A stretch of 64,000 nucleotides of DNA from Antechinus flavipes (taxonomy: Eukaryota), in the NCBI RefSeq assembly GCF_016432865.1, contig NC_067398.1, forward strand, positions 198,586,001 to 198,650,000, given 5' to 3'. Position numbers and translations under genes: made by a program. The stretch's first letter is position 1. Each line of letters begins with the position of its first letter. The notes below the pieces were generated by a model. The model searched no databases, was not told the DNA's origin, and saw nothing but the letters and a program-made list of their open reading frames with translations. Of the stretch, positions 11,886 through 25,049 are shown piece after piece.

Positions 11886-14809
11886 TAGGTGCAATATCAA
11901 TTAAATTAAACAGATTTGGTCACTTTCCTTGACAAATTTATTACCTAAAGAAATACTGATGTACTTGATCAAAGAGCTAGCTATATGACAGTGAATTTGA
12001 ATGTTGCATTATTCAAATATAAATATATTCTCTGAACAGCAAATATATAAAATCAGAATTTTTTCTCTGGGAAACAGATCACTGGGTAGGGGTAAAAGAC
12101 TTAGCATCAATGTGGCATATTCCCTTAATAATGTTTCATGACTGCTAAAATAGCACAACCAATCTCCACTATGAAACAATACTGGAATTCATTTGGCTAT
12201 TTTATGATGTTCCTCTGACTTTAATTGCCCTCTATATTAGCTTCACCTAAAGTCAGATCTTCTAGGAAGCAATTAATGATGCTAGGTTAAGTTTTCCTGT
12301 GTGAAGCTGGAAACTATATATCTCCATACACTTAGGAGCTCTTAAGAACTGGGTCCAAATATATAAATACAATGAGAATTGGTGATTTCATTTGTAATTG
12401 GGAAAAAATAATCTAATCAAATAGCAAGGTAGAAAAATAATATATTCCACTCAGCTCATAGTCTAAGGAAAAATATATCTCTATACATCATCACCTATTC
12501 TGTCTCTCACATTGAGTACATCTCTTTTGCTGTCCTTTTCTTGTTCCTACGGAGTATAAGCTGACCCATACATTAAGTCAGGGGAGTGACAGGGTAAAAG
12601 CTTTACCTGGTAATAATGTTGTCTTTCTGTTTCTGTGATATTGATTCTAGTTCCAAAGATTCTCTATTCATCAATTGACACGCATCAGAATAATTATATT
12701 CTGTCTAGTTACACCCAAAATAGTTTCTTTTCAATTCTAAGCAATGTCACCTTTTTTGTGAAGCTATATTTTCAAATGTTTATCCTCCTACAACAAAAAT
12801 AAAAAAAATTTATTTAAAATTTTTTGTAAAAATAGGATCCAGAGTCCATATATTATCTGAGACCCTTTTTCTACAGCTCTACTCTCCCTCAGAAAGCTTA
12901 TACATTTCTTCCAATTTTACAGATGTATAGCTAAGAACTTGTCTTTTATGCCTTAATATCTGGAATACTGTCCTGCAAAAATCATAGAGAAAAGCATTTA
13001 ATTAATACAGGGCTATTCCTGTTTTATAGAACAAATCAAATGACATTCTCACTTTATGGAGTTTAGAAAAATGGAGTGCTTTATATTCTTTGAAGTTCTT
13101 GAGAAATATGGATTATCCATTTCTAAAGCCCAAATGTATAATTCTCCTGAGTAAGCAATATTCTGTTGATGATGATGATTTGATGATATGTGGTCTCTAT
13201 ATGTATCAGTATCAGTCAATCAAAATATCTGTTATAAAAAAAAAAAGATCTGTTATATATCAGGCACTCACCTACACACTTTGAAAAAAATAATAACTAG
13301 GCTAAATAACTAAAATAACTTTTATTCTAGAAACTAGTTATCATAATGCTGTGTTGTGAGGAATATAAAGAAGTATAATAAATAGCTTCTGCCTTCAAGG
13401 AATTTATAGTTTCAATCACAGATAAATGTAATTATGTGAAGAGTTAACAATAAAAGAGTGAAACCATATGCAAGAATATAACACAACATATCACAACAAT
13501 ATAATTAATTGACAAATAACTGATATACTCAATACTTATAGTGCTTTCAGAGAAGTGAGAATTTGCTTAAAATTGGCAAAAGTGGTCTGATGGAAACTTT
13601 TAGAAGAAAGATCAGACTTAATTTGGATTTTAAATATTGAGTAAGATTTAATTAAATGGAGGAAAGGATGATCTCAGATTTGGGAAACAAAAGACAAGTA
13701 CAAGAGAAGAGTAGCTATCCAACAAGTATTGATCTACAGGCATGATAACTTTTTTTTTCTTTCAACATGATAGCCAGAAAACTAAATGTCTAACTAACTC
13801 TAGAATACTCATTTGCATTTGATGATTTGTTGGTAATAACTTTCTTTGCATAACTGTTAAATTTGTGGGCCAGGAAAATCTGCATTCTATAATTCAAATT
13901 AAAATCTCTTTGTTTCTTTTTGTAGAGGAGCATCTGGATGTTAGCATCAAGCAATTGTGCCTAGGAGTCAAAATGCAGATAAACCTATTGGGAAACTGAC
14001 TTTTCCTTGTGTCCTTGAGAAGCTTATTGTAATGAAAACTTTAGTTCAATTATTATTTGTGCTGTGGAACCAAATTCTAGTGAAGTTACTAAAATTGTAT
14101 TGAAAATTCTGATTTGAACTTGCTTTAAGTTTCAAGCTGGCATCTCCTATTGTTTACAAATTACAACCATTTCTAAATTGTCCTGTTATATTGTGCCCTG
14201 CAGCAGCACAACAGTGTTGCAATTGTATCTAATTAACCTCCTGCTAAATGCAAAATCAGGAAGGCCTAACAATAAAATCAGAGAAAGTTGTGTTTTAAAT
14301 AGAATTTGAACTCTTGCTTCAGATCTTAAGCCCCCTGCTCTGATATTTGGCAAGACATTAGTTCTATTTGCATTTCAAAGGATTTTATATAGAGCATATA
14401 ACTTAGAGAAGTTCACATTTTAAACTCAGGAGCTAGAGAGGGTATAAAGAAATTTGTTTTTGATGATTTTTTTTATTCCCAAGAAATCCCCCCCAAAAAA
14501 ATCTGTTGTCTGAATAACACAATTATTATACTCAAATTTCTCTTTGTTCAATATTATTGGTAGATAAGTAGGGAAATCAAAAAATTAATGTTAAAAATAT
14601 AATGAAAGAGTTAGGTTCGATATGTATATATACATGGCATATAACATGGATACATACAAATATGCATGTGAAATAAATTTGGTTATTATAACAATAAATC
14701 AGTAATAACTGTGCTTTTTTTGTTTACAAGTGAGTGTAATTATATGAGATACACTGGTGAGTGGCAACAATATGAAACAGAAACATCATTAACACTTTTT
14801 TTAAATTTA

Positions 14810-15510
14810 AAAAAAATACATGAAGCAGCCTCTTCGTAGTGACAAGGAATTGGAAATTGAGTGGATTGTCCAACAGTTAGGGAATGGCCAAATAATTTAT
14901 GGTATATGAATGTTATGGAATATTATTGTTCTATAAGAAACAGCAGGATGATTTCAGAGAGACCTGGAGAGACTTACATGAACTGATACTAAGTGAAATG
15001 AGCAGAATTACGAGAACATTGTACACAGCAACAAGAAGATTATACAATGATCAATTCTGATGGATGTGGCTCTTTTCACCATTGAGGTGATTCAGGGCAG
15101 TCCCATGGTCTTGTGCTGAAGAGAGCCATCTGCATCTAGAGAAAGGACTGTGTGGGGATGAATGTTGTCATAGTATTTTCACCTTTTTTGTTATTGTTTG
15201 CTTGCCTTTTTTTCTTTCTCATTTATTTCTTTTTTGATCTGATTTTTTCTTATGCAGCATGATAAATGTCAAAATATGTTTAGAAGACTAGCACATGTTT
15301 AATTTATATTGGGTTACTCGCTATCTAAGAGAGAGAGATTGGAGGAAGAAGGGAAAAAAATTTGGAATACAAGGTTTTGCAAGGGTTAGTGTTAAAAACT
15401 ATTTTTGTGTGTGTTTTTTTCCCCTGAGGTAATTGGGTTAAGTGACTTGCCCAGGGTCACACATTCATATGTATTTTAAAAATAAAAAACTATTATTAAA
15501 TTAAAAAAAT
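14810..15510 (+). mobile_element. LINE-1 3' end with a small SINE fragment inserted near 15415-15460
   Basis: ggtatatgaatgttatggaatattattgttctataagaaa...3' UTR...aataaaaaactattattaaattaaaaaaat; embedded ctgaggtaattgggttaagtgacttgcccagggtcacac. Confidence 0.85.
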
Positions 15511-15711
15511 AAAAAAGAATACACCAGCTAAAATTGATCAGTTCTTTAAATAACTAGGTAACAGATCATTAAAGTTATAATGGTATAATCAGTAATATGT
15601 GTTGACCCAATATGAAAGTTATTGGAATTGGACTCATCTCTTCATAATATTTTATGACTGAAGAAATCATTGATATCATCTATTTCTTAGATTTATTCAA
15701 TCCCAGAAATT

Positions 15712-15845
15712 ATTAGAATCTCAGATTATAGAGGGACCTCTCAAAGGCCATGTAATTCAACCTTTTCTGAACAGAAATACCCTTAAAAACATCTCTAGCA
15801 AGTGGTCATCTATCTAGTTTCCACTTGAAGAAGTCCAGGGAACAG
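15712..15845 (-). mobile_element. L3/CR1 3' fragment
   Basis: tagaatctcagattatagagggacctctcaaaggccatgtaattcaacc...tggtcatcta...ccacttgaagaagtccaggga resembles the antisense CR1/L3 3' end. Confidence 0.55.
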
Positions 15846-16319
15846 ATAAACAATTTATCTGATAAAAACCTTCTAAGAAACATGTAAGACAAATTTCCAC
15901 ACTGACTACATAAAAATGGCTGTTTCATTCTGTTTCAAGTACAATACCTCCATGCTAGGAAATGGGTTGCATTTGTGCTCTGGATTCCTGCTTGGTCACT
16001 GCATTGATCAGAGTTTTTAAGTATTTCGAAGCTGTTTGTTTTGACACTGTTGTTATAATATAAATAATTCTGGTTCTACTCACTTTACTTTATATCATAC
16101 TTCTTGGCTAGATTTCTTTATTATATTCATATAATCAAATTTGTTCAGCCATTCCTCAATTTAAAGGCATTCCTCCCCTTCACATTTTTTGCCACTAAAC
16201 AAAGACTTGCTGTACCATGGGGCCTTTTTACCTTTTGTGGTTACAAGCCTATCATTAGTATTAGGATGCTAATAGGTATGTACAATTTAGTAACTTCTTT
16301 GGCATAGTTTAAAACTTCT

Positions 16320-17780
16320 GGAGGCTAAACCAAGATGACAGAAAACAGACAGAACATTACCTGAACTCCCTGCCAGCTTCTCTCAGAATCAACATTAGAT
16401 CAAGCTTCTGAACAGATTTTGGAGTGACAGGACCCACAAACATTCAGAATGTAATGATTTTCCAGTTTAAAATATCTTGGAAGGACTTTGGGATAGCCTT
16501 AACTGGGCAGGCGGGGTTGTGGCCCAGTGCATGGCTAAATGAGGTCCAGCATGGAGAAACCCAGCTCAGGGAATCCAGCAGAAGACTCTTAGCCAAAAAA
16601 CAGCAATATTGGCTACTCTTTCCTGGTTTAGAGGGCCAGTGGATCAGGAGATTAGCTGTGAGACCTCCAACACAAATATAGAAGACAAATGGTGAGCCCC
16701 TGAACCCCAGAATAGCAAGCAGGACGTGGCCACACCCATCCAGTATAATAGAGAAATGTGCAGCACTAGCAGCCCCAGTGCAGTGAGAAGTCCCTGTCAC
16801 CCTACAGACAAAGCCAGTTCAATCTTCCCTGCGCCCTAGGAGCTGACCTCAACTTTTAGTATTGAACAAAAAAATCAAAAAGATCAGAAGCAAAACACTG
16901 GTGAGGAGAGAAAGAGTGAAAGGAGAAAAAATATATAATGGGAAAAATAGGATGGCAGGAAATACAAATTTAGTAATCTTCACTGTCAATGCGAATGGGA
17001 TGAGCTCTCCCATAAAATGTAAGTGGATAGCAGAATGGATTAAAAGCCAGAATCCTATAATATGTTGTTTACAAGAAAGACATTTAAAGCAGATATATAC
17101 AGAGTAATAATAAGGTTGTAGTATTATATATATATATATATGTATATATATATGTGTATATATATATATATATATGTCATATTATGTTTTAACCAAAGTA
17201 AAAAAAAAAAAAGGCAGAAGTAGCAATCCTTATCTCAGATCAAGCAAAAGAAAAAATAGATCTAATTAAAAGAGGAAGGAAACTACATCTTGCTAAAGGG
17301 TACCATAAAAAACAAAACAATATCAATATTAAACATATGTGCACCAAGTAATATAGCATCCAAATTCCTAGAGTAGTAATTAAGTGATTTGCAAGAAAAA
17401 ATAAATAGCAAAACTATACTAGTAGGGGATCTCAATTTCCTTCTATCAGAACTAGGTAAATCTGATCACAAAATAAACAAGAAGGAAGTTAAAGGGCTGA
17501 ATAGAACTTTAGAAAAAGTCAGGCATGATAAACCTTCGGAGAAATCTGAATGGGGATAGAAAGGAATAAACCTTTTTCTCAGCAGTACATGGCACCATCA
17601 TAAAAAATGACCATTTATTAGGGCATAAAAACCCCACAATCAAATCCAGAAAGGCAGAAGTAGTAAATGCATCCTTTTCAGATCATGATCCAATTAAAAG
17701 TACATTAATGAAAGACTTTATAAAAATAGACCAAAAATTAATTGGAAACTAAATAATCTAATCCTAAAAAAATGAGTAGG
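16320..17780 (+). mobile_element. LINE-1 (element A, left part): 5' UTR, ORF1 almost entirely deleted, ORF2 endonuclease with internal (TA)n at about 17125-17175
   Basis: ccaagatg 5' motif near 16330; ORF2 ATG at 16952 reading MAGNTNLVIFTVNANGMSSPIKCKWIAEWIKSQNPIICCLQERHLK; continues to KINWKLNNLILK at about 17770. Confidence 0.88.
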
Positions 17781-17782
17781 TA

Positions 17783-20700
17783 GGCAGAGCCAAGATGGTG
17801 AAGTGAAGCAGGAACTCACCCACCTCTCCCAAAAACTACTCAAAATTCCTTTAAATAATGATTCTAAAGGAATTTTTGGAGCATCAGAACACTCAAAAAG
17901 ATGGAATAAAATATTTTCTAGCTGAAGACAACTAAGAAGCTCAGAAGAAAAGATATGTGACACTAAGTTGGGAGTCCAGTATGCAGTCCTGGTGCAGACC
18001 CAACCACAGCCACAGCCACAGCCCAGGCCTTATTTCAGCAAGCAGGAATAGGTTTAGAGACCTTTGAATCATCAGCAAAATTGATGACTTCTAGATGTCT
18101 CAACTCAGAGACATCAAGAAGACTTGGAAAGTCAACAGAAAAGATCTGTTACAACAAGGTGGAAGTACAGCATGCAATTCCAATATAGGCCACACAAGTG
18201 TAGCCCCGGATCAAGCCCCAGCTCCAGCATCAGCAATGTAGAAGTTTATTGCTTTAGCATACTAGATCATACTAGATACACAGCTATAGTGGGGCGGAAT
18301 ATTCTCCACAGTTCCAAGAGAGAAAATAGTGCATGTGGTCAGGTCACTAGAAGGATCTTTGAAAACAGCTGCACAAAATCCCTGAAACACCTTAGAAACA
18401 GAGCCCTACTTTAACAAAAAGTTAAAAGTCTAGTAATAGGCAAGGAAAATGAGGCAAGGAAAGTTTATGAATATTGAAAGATGTAATGGGCTGAGGCTTA
18501 GTTGATGCACTGAGGTCCCAAGCACATGAGGCTAAATAGTAATTGGATCATACTCTATTAATATATAAGCTTGGAGAAAGAATGGCCCCCGCCCACTCTT
18601 TGTGCAAGTCCTGATGTGTTGTATAGGAAATGATGATTTTGGTGGGTGGAGGCAGGGGAGTGGAAAAGGAAGGGGAAGGAGAGACTGTTTGCATTGCCAT
18701 TGCTACGGCCCTTTCAGCTCAGATCCCCTCTGTTAGCTGGCTTCCTGTCGCAGCTGCCCATATTGCTATCGCAATCTTTCTTGCCCATATCGCAATCCTT
18801 ATTCATCTCTTCACTTCAATAAAGATTGAAAAATTTTCCCTTAACCTGAATTCCTGACTCCAGCTGATTTTAAATACGCAGTCGTTACAGAAAATTACTA
18901 TGGTAACAAGGAATATCAAAACACACACTCAAAAGAATATTACAAAGTCAAAACTGCTACATCCAAAGCCTCCAAGAAAAATAAGAATTGAGCTCAGCCA
19001 TAGAAGAGCTCGAAAATGATTTTGAAAATCAAGTAAGAAAGATAGAGGAAAAATAAGGCAACAAATTGACAGTGGTGCAAAGGGAAAAAATAAAGTTAAT
19101 GATCAGAAGAATACCTTAAAAAGCAAAATTGGCCAAATGTGAAAGGAGGTACAAAAGTTCACAGAGGAAAATAATTCCTGAAAAATTAGAATTGAGCAAA
19201 TGGAAGTTAATTACTTTGTGAGAAATCAAGATACAATAAAGTAAAATCAAAAAATTTAAACATAGAAAAAAAAGTAAAATGTCTTTTTGGAAAAACAATT
19301 GACCTGGAAAACAGATCCAGGAGAGATCATTTTAAAACGATTAGTCTACCTGAAAGTCATGATCAAAAAAAAGAACCTGGATATCATCTTTCAAGAAATT
19401 ATCAAGGAAAACTGTCCTGATATTTTGGAATCAAAGGTAAAAAAGAAATTGAAAGAATCCACCAATCACCTCTTGAGATAGATCCCAAAATGAAAACTCC
19501 CAGAATATTATAGCCAAATTCCATAACTCCAAAATAGAACAGAAAATTTTGCAAACATCCAGAAAGTAACAATTCAGGTACAGTAGAGCCACAGTCAGGA
19601 TAACACAAGATTTAGCAGCTTCTACATTAAAGGATCAGAGGCTTGGAATATAATATTCCAGAGAGCAATGGAGCTAGGATTACAGCCAAGAATCACCTAG
19701 CCAGCAAACCTGAATATTATCCTTCAAGGGAAAAGGTGGAAATTCAATGAAATTTAGGATTTTCAAGCATTTGTGATGAAAAGACTAGGGTTGAATGGAA
19801 AATTTGATTTTCAAATACAGGACTCAGGAGAAGCTTAAGGAAGTAATCAAGGAAGTGATATTAAGAGGCTTAATCAGGTTTATCTGTTTATATTTCTACA
19901 TGGGAGGATGACACTTGTATCTCCTTAGTAGTTTCTCATTATTATGGCAATTAGAAGGAGTAGATATAGACAGTGCACAGATGTGAGTTGAATATGAAAG
20001 AATAATATCTTTTTTTAAATATAATTAAGAGGTAAGAGAGGAATGTACTGGGAGAAAGAGAAAGAGAAAGATGGAATGGTGTAAATTATCTGTCATTAAA
20101 AAAGAGGCAAGAAAAAGCTTTTACAATAGGGGGAAGAGAAAGAAAGGGTGAGTGAGTAAACTTATTCTCATCAGAACTGACTCAAACATATACACTGAAT
20201 ATGGGTATAGAAGTCTATCTTAGCCTGCAGGAAAATAAGAAGAGAATGGGATATGGGAAGGGGGGAGGGTGATAAAAGAGAGGAATAATGGTGTAGGAAG
20301 TAATCAATAAAAAAACATTTTTAAGAATGAACAGGATGAAAAGAGAGAGAGAATAGAATAAAAGGAGGGAAATACAGTTAGCAATAATATAGTAAAAAGA
20401 ATTTTGAAGCAAGTTTCTCTGATAAGGCCCTATTTCTCAAACATAGAGGGAACTGAGTCAAATTTATTTAAAAAAAAAAATAAAAGCCATTCCCCAATTG
20501 ATAAATGATCAAAAGATATGATCTTTGTCCAAAGGGTTATAAATTCATGCATATACTTTGACCTAAGAAAATCATTACTAAACATAAATCCTAAAAGATA
20601 TTTTTTAAAAAAAAAAATAAAATGATCTATATGTACAAAAATATTTATAGCAGTTCTCTTCTTAGGGAAAAAATTAGAAATTGAGAGGATGTCTATCAAT

Positions 20701-21003
20701 TAGGGAATGGCTGAATAAATTGTGGTTTGTTATTATGATAGAATGTTATTGCTCTATAGGATAGAATAAACAGGATGTTTTCAGGGAAAAAAAAAAACCT
20801 GCAAAGTTCTCTATAAACTCAAGCAAAGTGAATTGTATTAATATATACAAAGTAATAAAAGTGTTCTGGGGACAATAAGCTATAAATGACTTTGCTATTC
20901 TCAGCAGTGCAATGATCCATGACTATTCTGAAGGACTTATGACAAAAAATCCTATTCATAACCAGAAAAGGAATAGATTGTGTCTGAATACAGACTAAAG
21001 CAT

Positions 21004-21037
<34 letters not shown>

Positions 21038-21125
21038 AATTTTATTTTTCTTGAGTTTTGTTTGTTTTTTTTAAGGAGGGAGAGATCTATGTTTTCTTTT
21101 CACAATATGATTTGTATGAAAATTT
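17783..21125 (+). mobile_element. Nested L1-derived element B (HAL1-like): 5' UTR, ORF1, spacer, then only the 3' tip of ORF2 and the 3' UTR
   Basis: Starts ggcagagccaagatgg; ORF1 peptides ENDFENQVRKIE, LDIIFQEIIKENCPDILE and ATVRITQDLAASTLK; at about 20405 jumps to gcaagtttctctgataaggccc (ORF2 C-terminal region) with no EN or RT. Confidence 0.8.
18482..18889 (+). mobile_element. Solo LTR (family X, copy 1) inserted near the start of ORF1 of element B
   Basis: TGTAA...TTACA termini, TATA-like tatataag, AATAAA near 18820; flanks gaaag(a)/gaaaa form an imperfect TSD; near-identical to 46031-46399. Confidence 0.88.
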
Positions 21126-21911
21126 AAAAAAAGAATGCTGTGTCAAACAACAAATCATAGAAACAATCAATAATTTTATCCAAGAGAATGACAATAATGA
21201 GATAATATTTCAAAACTTATGGAATTCAGCCAAAGTTTCTAGGGAAATTTCATATTCTAAATTCTTATGTGAATAAAATAGAGAAACATAAGATCAATGA
21301 ATTGGATATGCAACTAAAAAGCTAGAAAACGAACAAATCAAAAACTCCCAATTAAATACCAAATTAGAAATCCTGAAAATCAAAGAGGAGATTAACAAAA
21401 CTGAAAGAAAGCTATTGAACTAATAAACAAAACTAAGAGTTGGTTTTAAGGAAAAAGCCAACAATATAAACTTTTGGTTAATTTAATTAGAAAAAGGAAA
21501 GAAGAAAAAACAAATTATTAGTATAAAAACTGAAAAGGATGAATTTACCACAAATGAAGAGGAAAATAAAGCATGATTAGGAGCTATTTTGTCCCCAGTT
21601 GTATGTTAATAAATCTGATAATTTAAATGAAATGGATAGATATTTACAAGATATATAGATAGCCCAGATTAACAGATGAGGAAACAAATTAATTAAATAA
21701 TCTCATTTTAGAAAAAGAAATTGAACAAGCTATTAATAAACTCTCTAAGAAAAAACTCTCCAGGGTCAGATGGATCTACAAGTGAATTCTACCAAAAATT
21801 TAAAGAACAATTAATTCCAATACTATGCAAAATATTTGGAAAAATAGGGAAAAAAGGAGTCCTACCAAATTCCTTTTATGACACAGATGTGGTGCTAATA
21901 CCTAAACCAGG
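21126..21911 (+). mobile_element. LINE-1 element A, resumed ORF2 (3'-truncated)
   Basis: KQQIIETINNFIQENDNNEIIFQNLWNSAK directly continues the peptide broken at about 17775; ends at [24 protein letters not shown]...[11 protein letters not shown]. Confidence 0.88.
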
Positions 21912-22906
21912 TATCCTTTTTTCCTGTTAAACCAAATCATAAAGAACCTCTCTTAGTTTATACCACGGTCCTCCCCTCTATCATCTCAAGCACAGACATC
22001 CACCTATAGTAGTTTTCAGACTGTGCAGTCTTTGAGCAGCACTGGCTTTCTCCACGATAGTGAACTATTAGTTTCATGACAATTCAGACAATCAATCAAT
22101 TATAGTCCAAGGAGATTTTTATCCGAAATAGCAAAATTTTACTAATTATAGTTTAGGGCTAAGTTATCATTATTCTTCTTATGGTACAACATATATTCAA
22201 CAATAAACATATATAAAGTCATTAATTTTTAAATTTAAGAGTAATCACATTCTGAAGTTTTTATTTATACAGTGAATATCTGATAGCCAACTCATCAATC
22301 CTACAAACTTTCTTATTATGGCTGAAGAAAGTTTTAGTCCTTTATGATCTCACCTAGATAAAAAGTCCCAAGAAACTTCACAAATTTGAAGAAGATTTTG
22401 CAACTCTTTTTCTCAGTAATATTAGTATTGACCAATTTAACACATAATATGCTCCTTTAAATTTTGACAGTTTTAAATATTTTGACCATATTCTTTTGTT
22501 AAATTAATAATCTAATAGTATCTTGACTAAAAGAGACCCATTGTTATGGAGAATCATTGTTAATGAAGAAGCTGCCTTTCTAGAAATACTTTCAAATCAA
22601 TACAATTCTAATTGCCCATTCTATTTTAAGATTCTTTACATGTGAAAATGATTAGGATATTATTCTAAACATTAATCACTAAAAATGAAGTTCTTAACAG
22701 TATCAAAAAAGAGAAGAGAAAAATTTACAATCATAATTTTTCTTTTAATCCATCAAGTACTATTAAATTTACAACATAAGAAATATGACATAGTTATTAA
22801 TAATATCTAAAACCCAATAATCCAGTATATTCATTACTTCAAGAGTTAATATTTATATAATATGATATGTTATATATATAAAATGCCATTTAGATATATG
22901 TATATC

Positions 22907-23353
22907 TGTTGCAGCCATCTTTAAGAGCTCAAAGCATTGATCTCAGAGGCAAGATGAATGAAACGAGAGACTCATAAAGTGTGGAAAGTTTATTGTGCCA
23001 TACAGCCTTGTTGATATACATTTTTGCAAATGTGATCAGCACGTGAACAGTAGACAATCCTCAATCACCATTCAGAGAAGCAGCTAGTGGTACTTTGTGT
23101 ATGCATAGCATCTGCCAATGGGAGAAGAACCAATCCAGCAATCTAGCAGCTTGCTCACAGGCAAGAGACCCTGTCAAGATATCCCTGCTCATGAGCAACT
23201 AGCTGTGACCCTCAGGCTCAATATTCATTCCCATAATCACACATCATTGCTCCTTGCTCAGTTAGGGTATTTCTGCAATGTAGCAGAAAACTTATTGTGC
23301 GTCAAAGGTTGAAGTGGCCTTGGTAGTCCTTCTCAGCAGGGTCCCATAACTCA
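22907..23353 (-). repeat. 3' LTR of the provirus
   Basis: tgttgcagccatctttaag...cagggtcccataactca aligns with 28883-29307; adjacent PPT (minus strand taaaaggggggaatt, about 23356-23370); boundary uncertain by a few bp. Confidence 0.92.
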
Positions 23354-23379
23354 GCAATTCCCCCCTTTTATCTTTCATA

Positions 23380-24750
23380 TAAAAATTCCTTTCTTGAGCG
23401 GCAACCTTTGAAAGAATGGTGGAGAAAAATCTATAAAAGCATCCTAATATTACAGGGCAACAACAAAGTAGTAACAAAGCATCACACCACACAGGGCAAT
23501 CCATGATTCTAATTTTAACCACCATGAAGAAGTATTATCCAATCAATGTATGATTTTTTTTCAGCAATTTTATCTGGATTCAAATCTTCATGAGAAGCTT
23601 TCCTATCTCTGTCAGATGCTAATTTATATAAATTTTCTATGTCACTTTCAATTGTGTTATTGAGAAATAAACCATTCAAGTGCCTCTTGATACTCTCCCG
23701 ATTATAATCTTGACCTATATGATTGTACAGCAAAAGGGTTACACAAACCTTTGTATTTCTATAACAATTGTAATTGAGCCTGGAGTTTCAATAACTTCTT
23801 CTGCTCCTATTTCCAATGATACTTCCCTTAAAGCTTTTATCATCTGATACAGTCTTTCATCTATCTTAGCTTGTTGAACAAAACCCACTGAGACATTCCT
23901 GGCTAGTTCCTCTATATATCTAGCTTGTTCTATGCTGTTTTATATATTAGATAGGGACATTGCAAGAGAGACTAATGAAACTATAAGTGAAACCAAGAGA
24001 GGGATACCTAATATGACATAGCTGATACATCTCTTTTTCCTAATGGGACTGGGGTCTGTTTCCTTCTTTTCTGTTATGGTATTGAACATATGACTGCATA
24101 TTTCCCTCCCAGACAGGCTTCAGTGTAGAACTGGTATCCAATTCTCGTGCCAGTTGTCCAAGAACCAGGGCCCAAGATGTTTTCCCATGTGCCAAACTGC
24201 CGGCCCCATTCTTGAGTGACCAGAATGTGTCCCAAGGAGGCTTGTGCTTTCCATAAACCTTTCCAGGCATTGCCTCTGTAAGGTCCCCAAACAGGTCCTG
24301 GGAGACTACATAAGTCATCTTTTTCAGCCTCATGCCACGATTGTAATGCCCAGTTTGCAGTCATATAACAAGTATGAGCATGGGCCCGGCATGCAGATAT
24401 GAGGGGCCAGCCTGATGACTCCTTCTTGTAGTCACCGGTGCAGCCCTCCCATACGGATGAAGGTGTCGCTATGACAGGGCATCCATCCCCTGTGCTCCCA
24501 GTATGTGTCACATGATACCCCCATCCCCGAAATTGGCACTTGTAAACTCACGTTCTTCACATGTGCACAATAGGTTCTATTCCTTCCCAACCAGCACAAA
24601 GGAAGCTTATTCACAAGTCCAGCAAAGTTGTACTTTACCTCTGCCATAGTTCCATTGTATTTCTCAAAGTTGAACTTCTTCCCAGTTATTCCGGACCCCT
24701 TTCTTGTTAGCACTACATTCGATGTGCATTCCCCCCATGAGACAATTCTA
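23380..24750 (-). pseudogene. env: env remnant, betaretrovirus-type SU/TM, multiple stops and frameshifts
   Basis: TM peptides NSIEQARYIEELARNVSVGFVQQAKIDERLYQMIKALREVSLEIG and QDYNRESIKRHLNG...TIESDIENL resemble HERV-K/JSRV TM heptad regions; the 145-aa ORF 24074-24511 lies in SU; 5' boundary approximate. Confidence 0.75.
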
Positions 24751-25049
24751 GGCTATGGTGGGTCCAGCCCACCTTTTGGCTTCTGTTGCCAATCCTGAGT
24801 GTATTTAACATAAACCCATATATATAGAAAGCATCTTGCTAGTGGTCTTGGGGGTCTCCTTTTAGACAGTCACCTCTTCTTCCTTTTTTTCCTCTTCAAT
24901 TCTACAGACAGCTTTGAGAGGTCTGGTGGGAATCCACAGCTGAAGATTTTCTCCTGTGGAGATACAAGCCTATCCTAGCCCCACATTAGAATTCTATAGA
25001 GTCCCTCCTATCCTTCAGGACCCTTTTTCATTACCATGGTCTCATTCTT

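Noticed and set aside
12607-12787. Minus-strand segment with a strong acceptor and donor
   Set aside because: All three frames contain several stops across the 181 nt, so it is non-coding at best and not supportable without transcript data.
13926-13999. Plus-strand terminal exon candidate (EHLDVSIKQLCLGVKMQINLLGN*)
   Set aside because: It has a good acceptor but only 23 codons, no recognisable homology and no upstream exon I can link to it.
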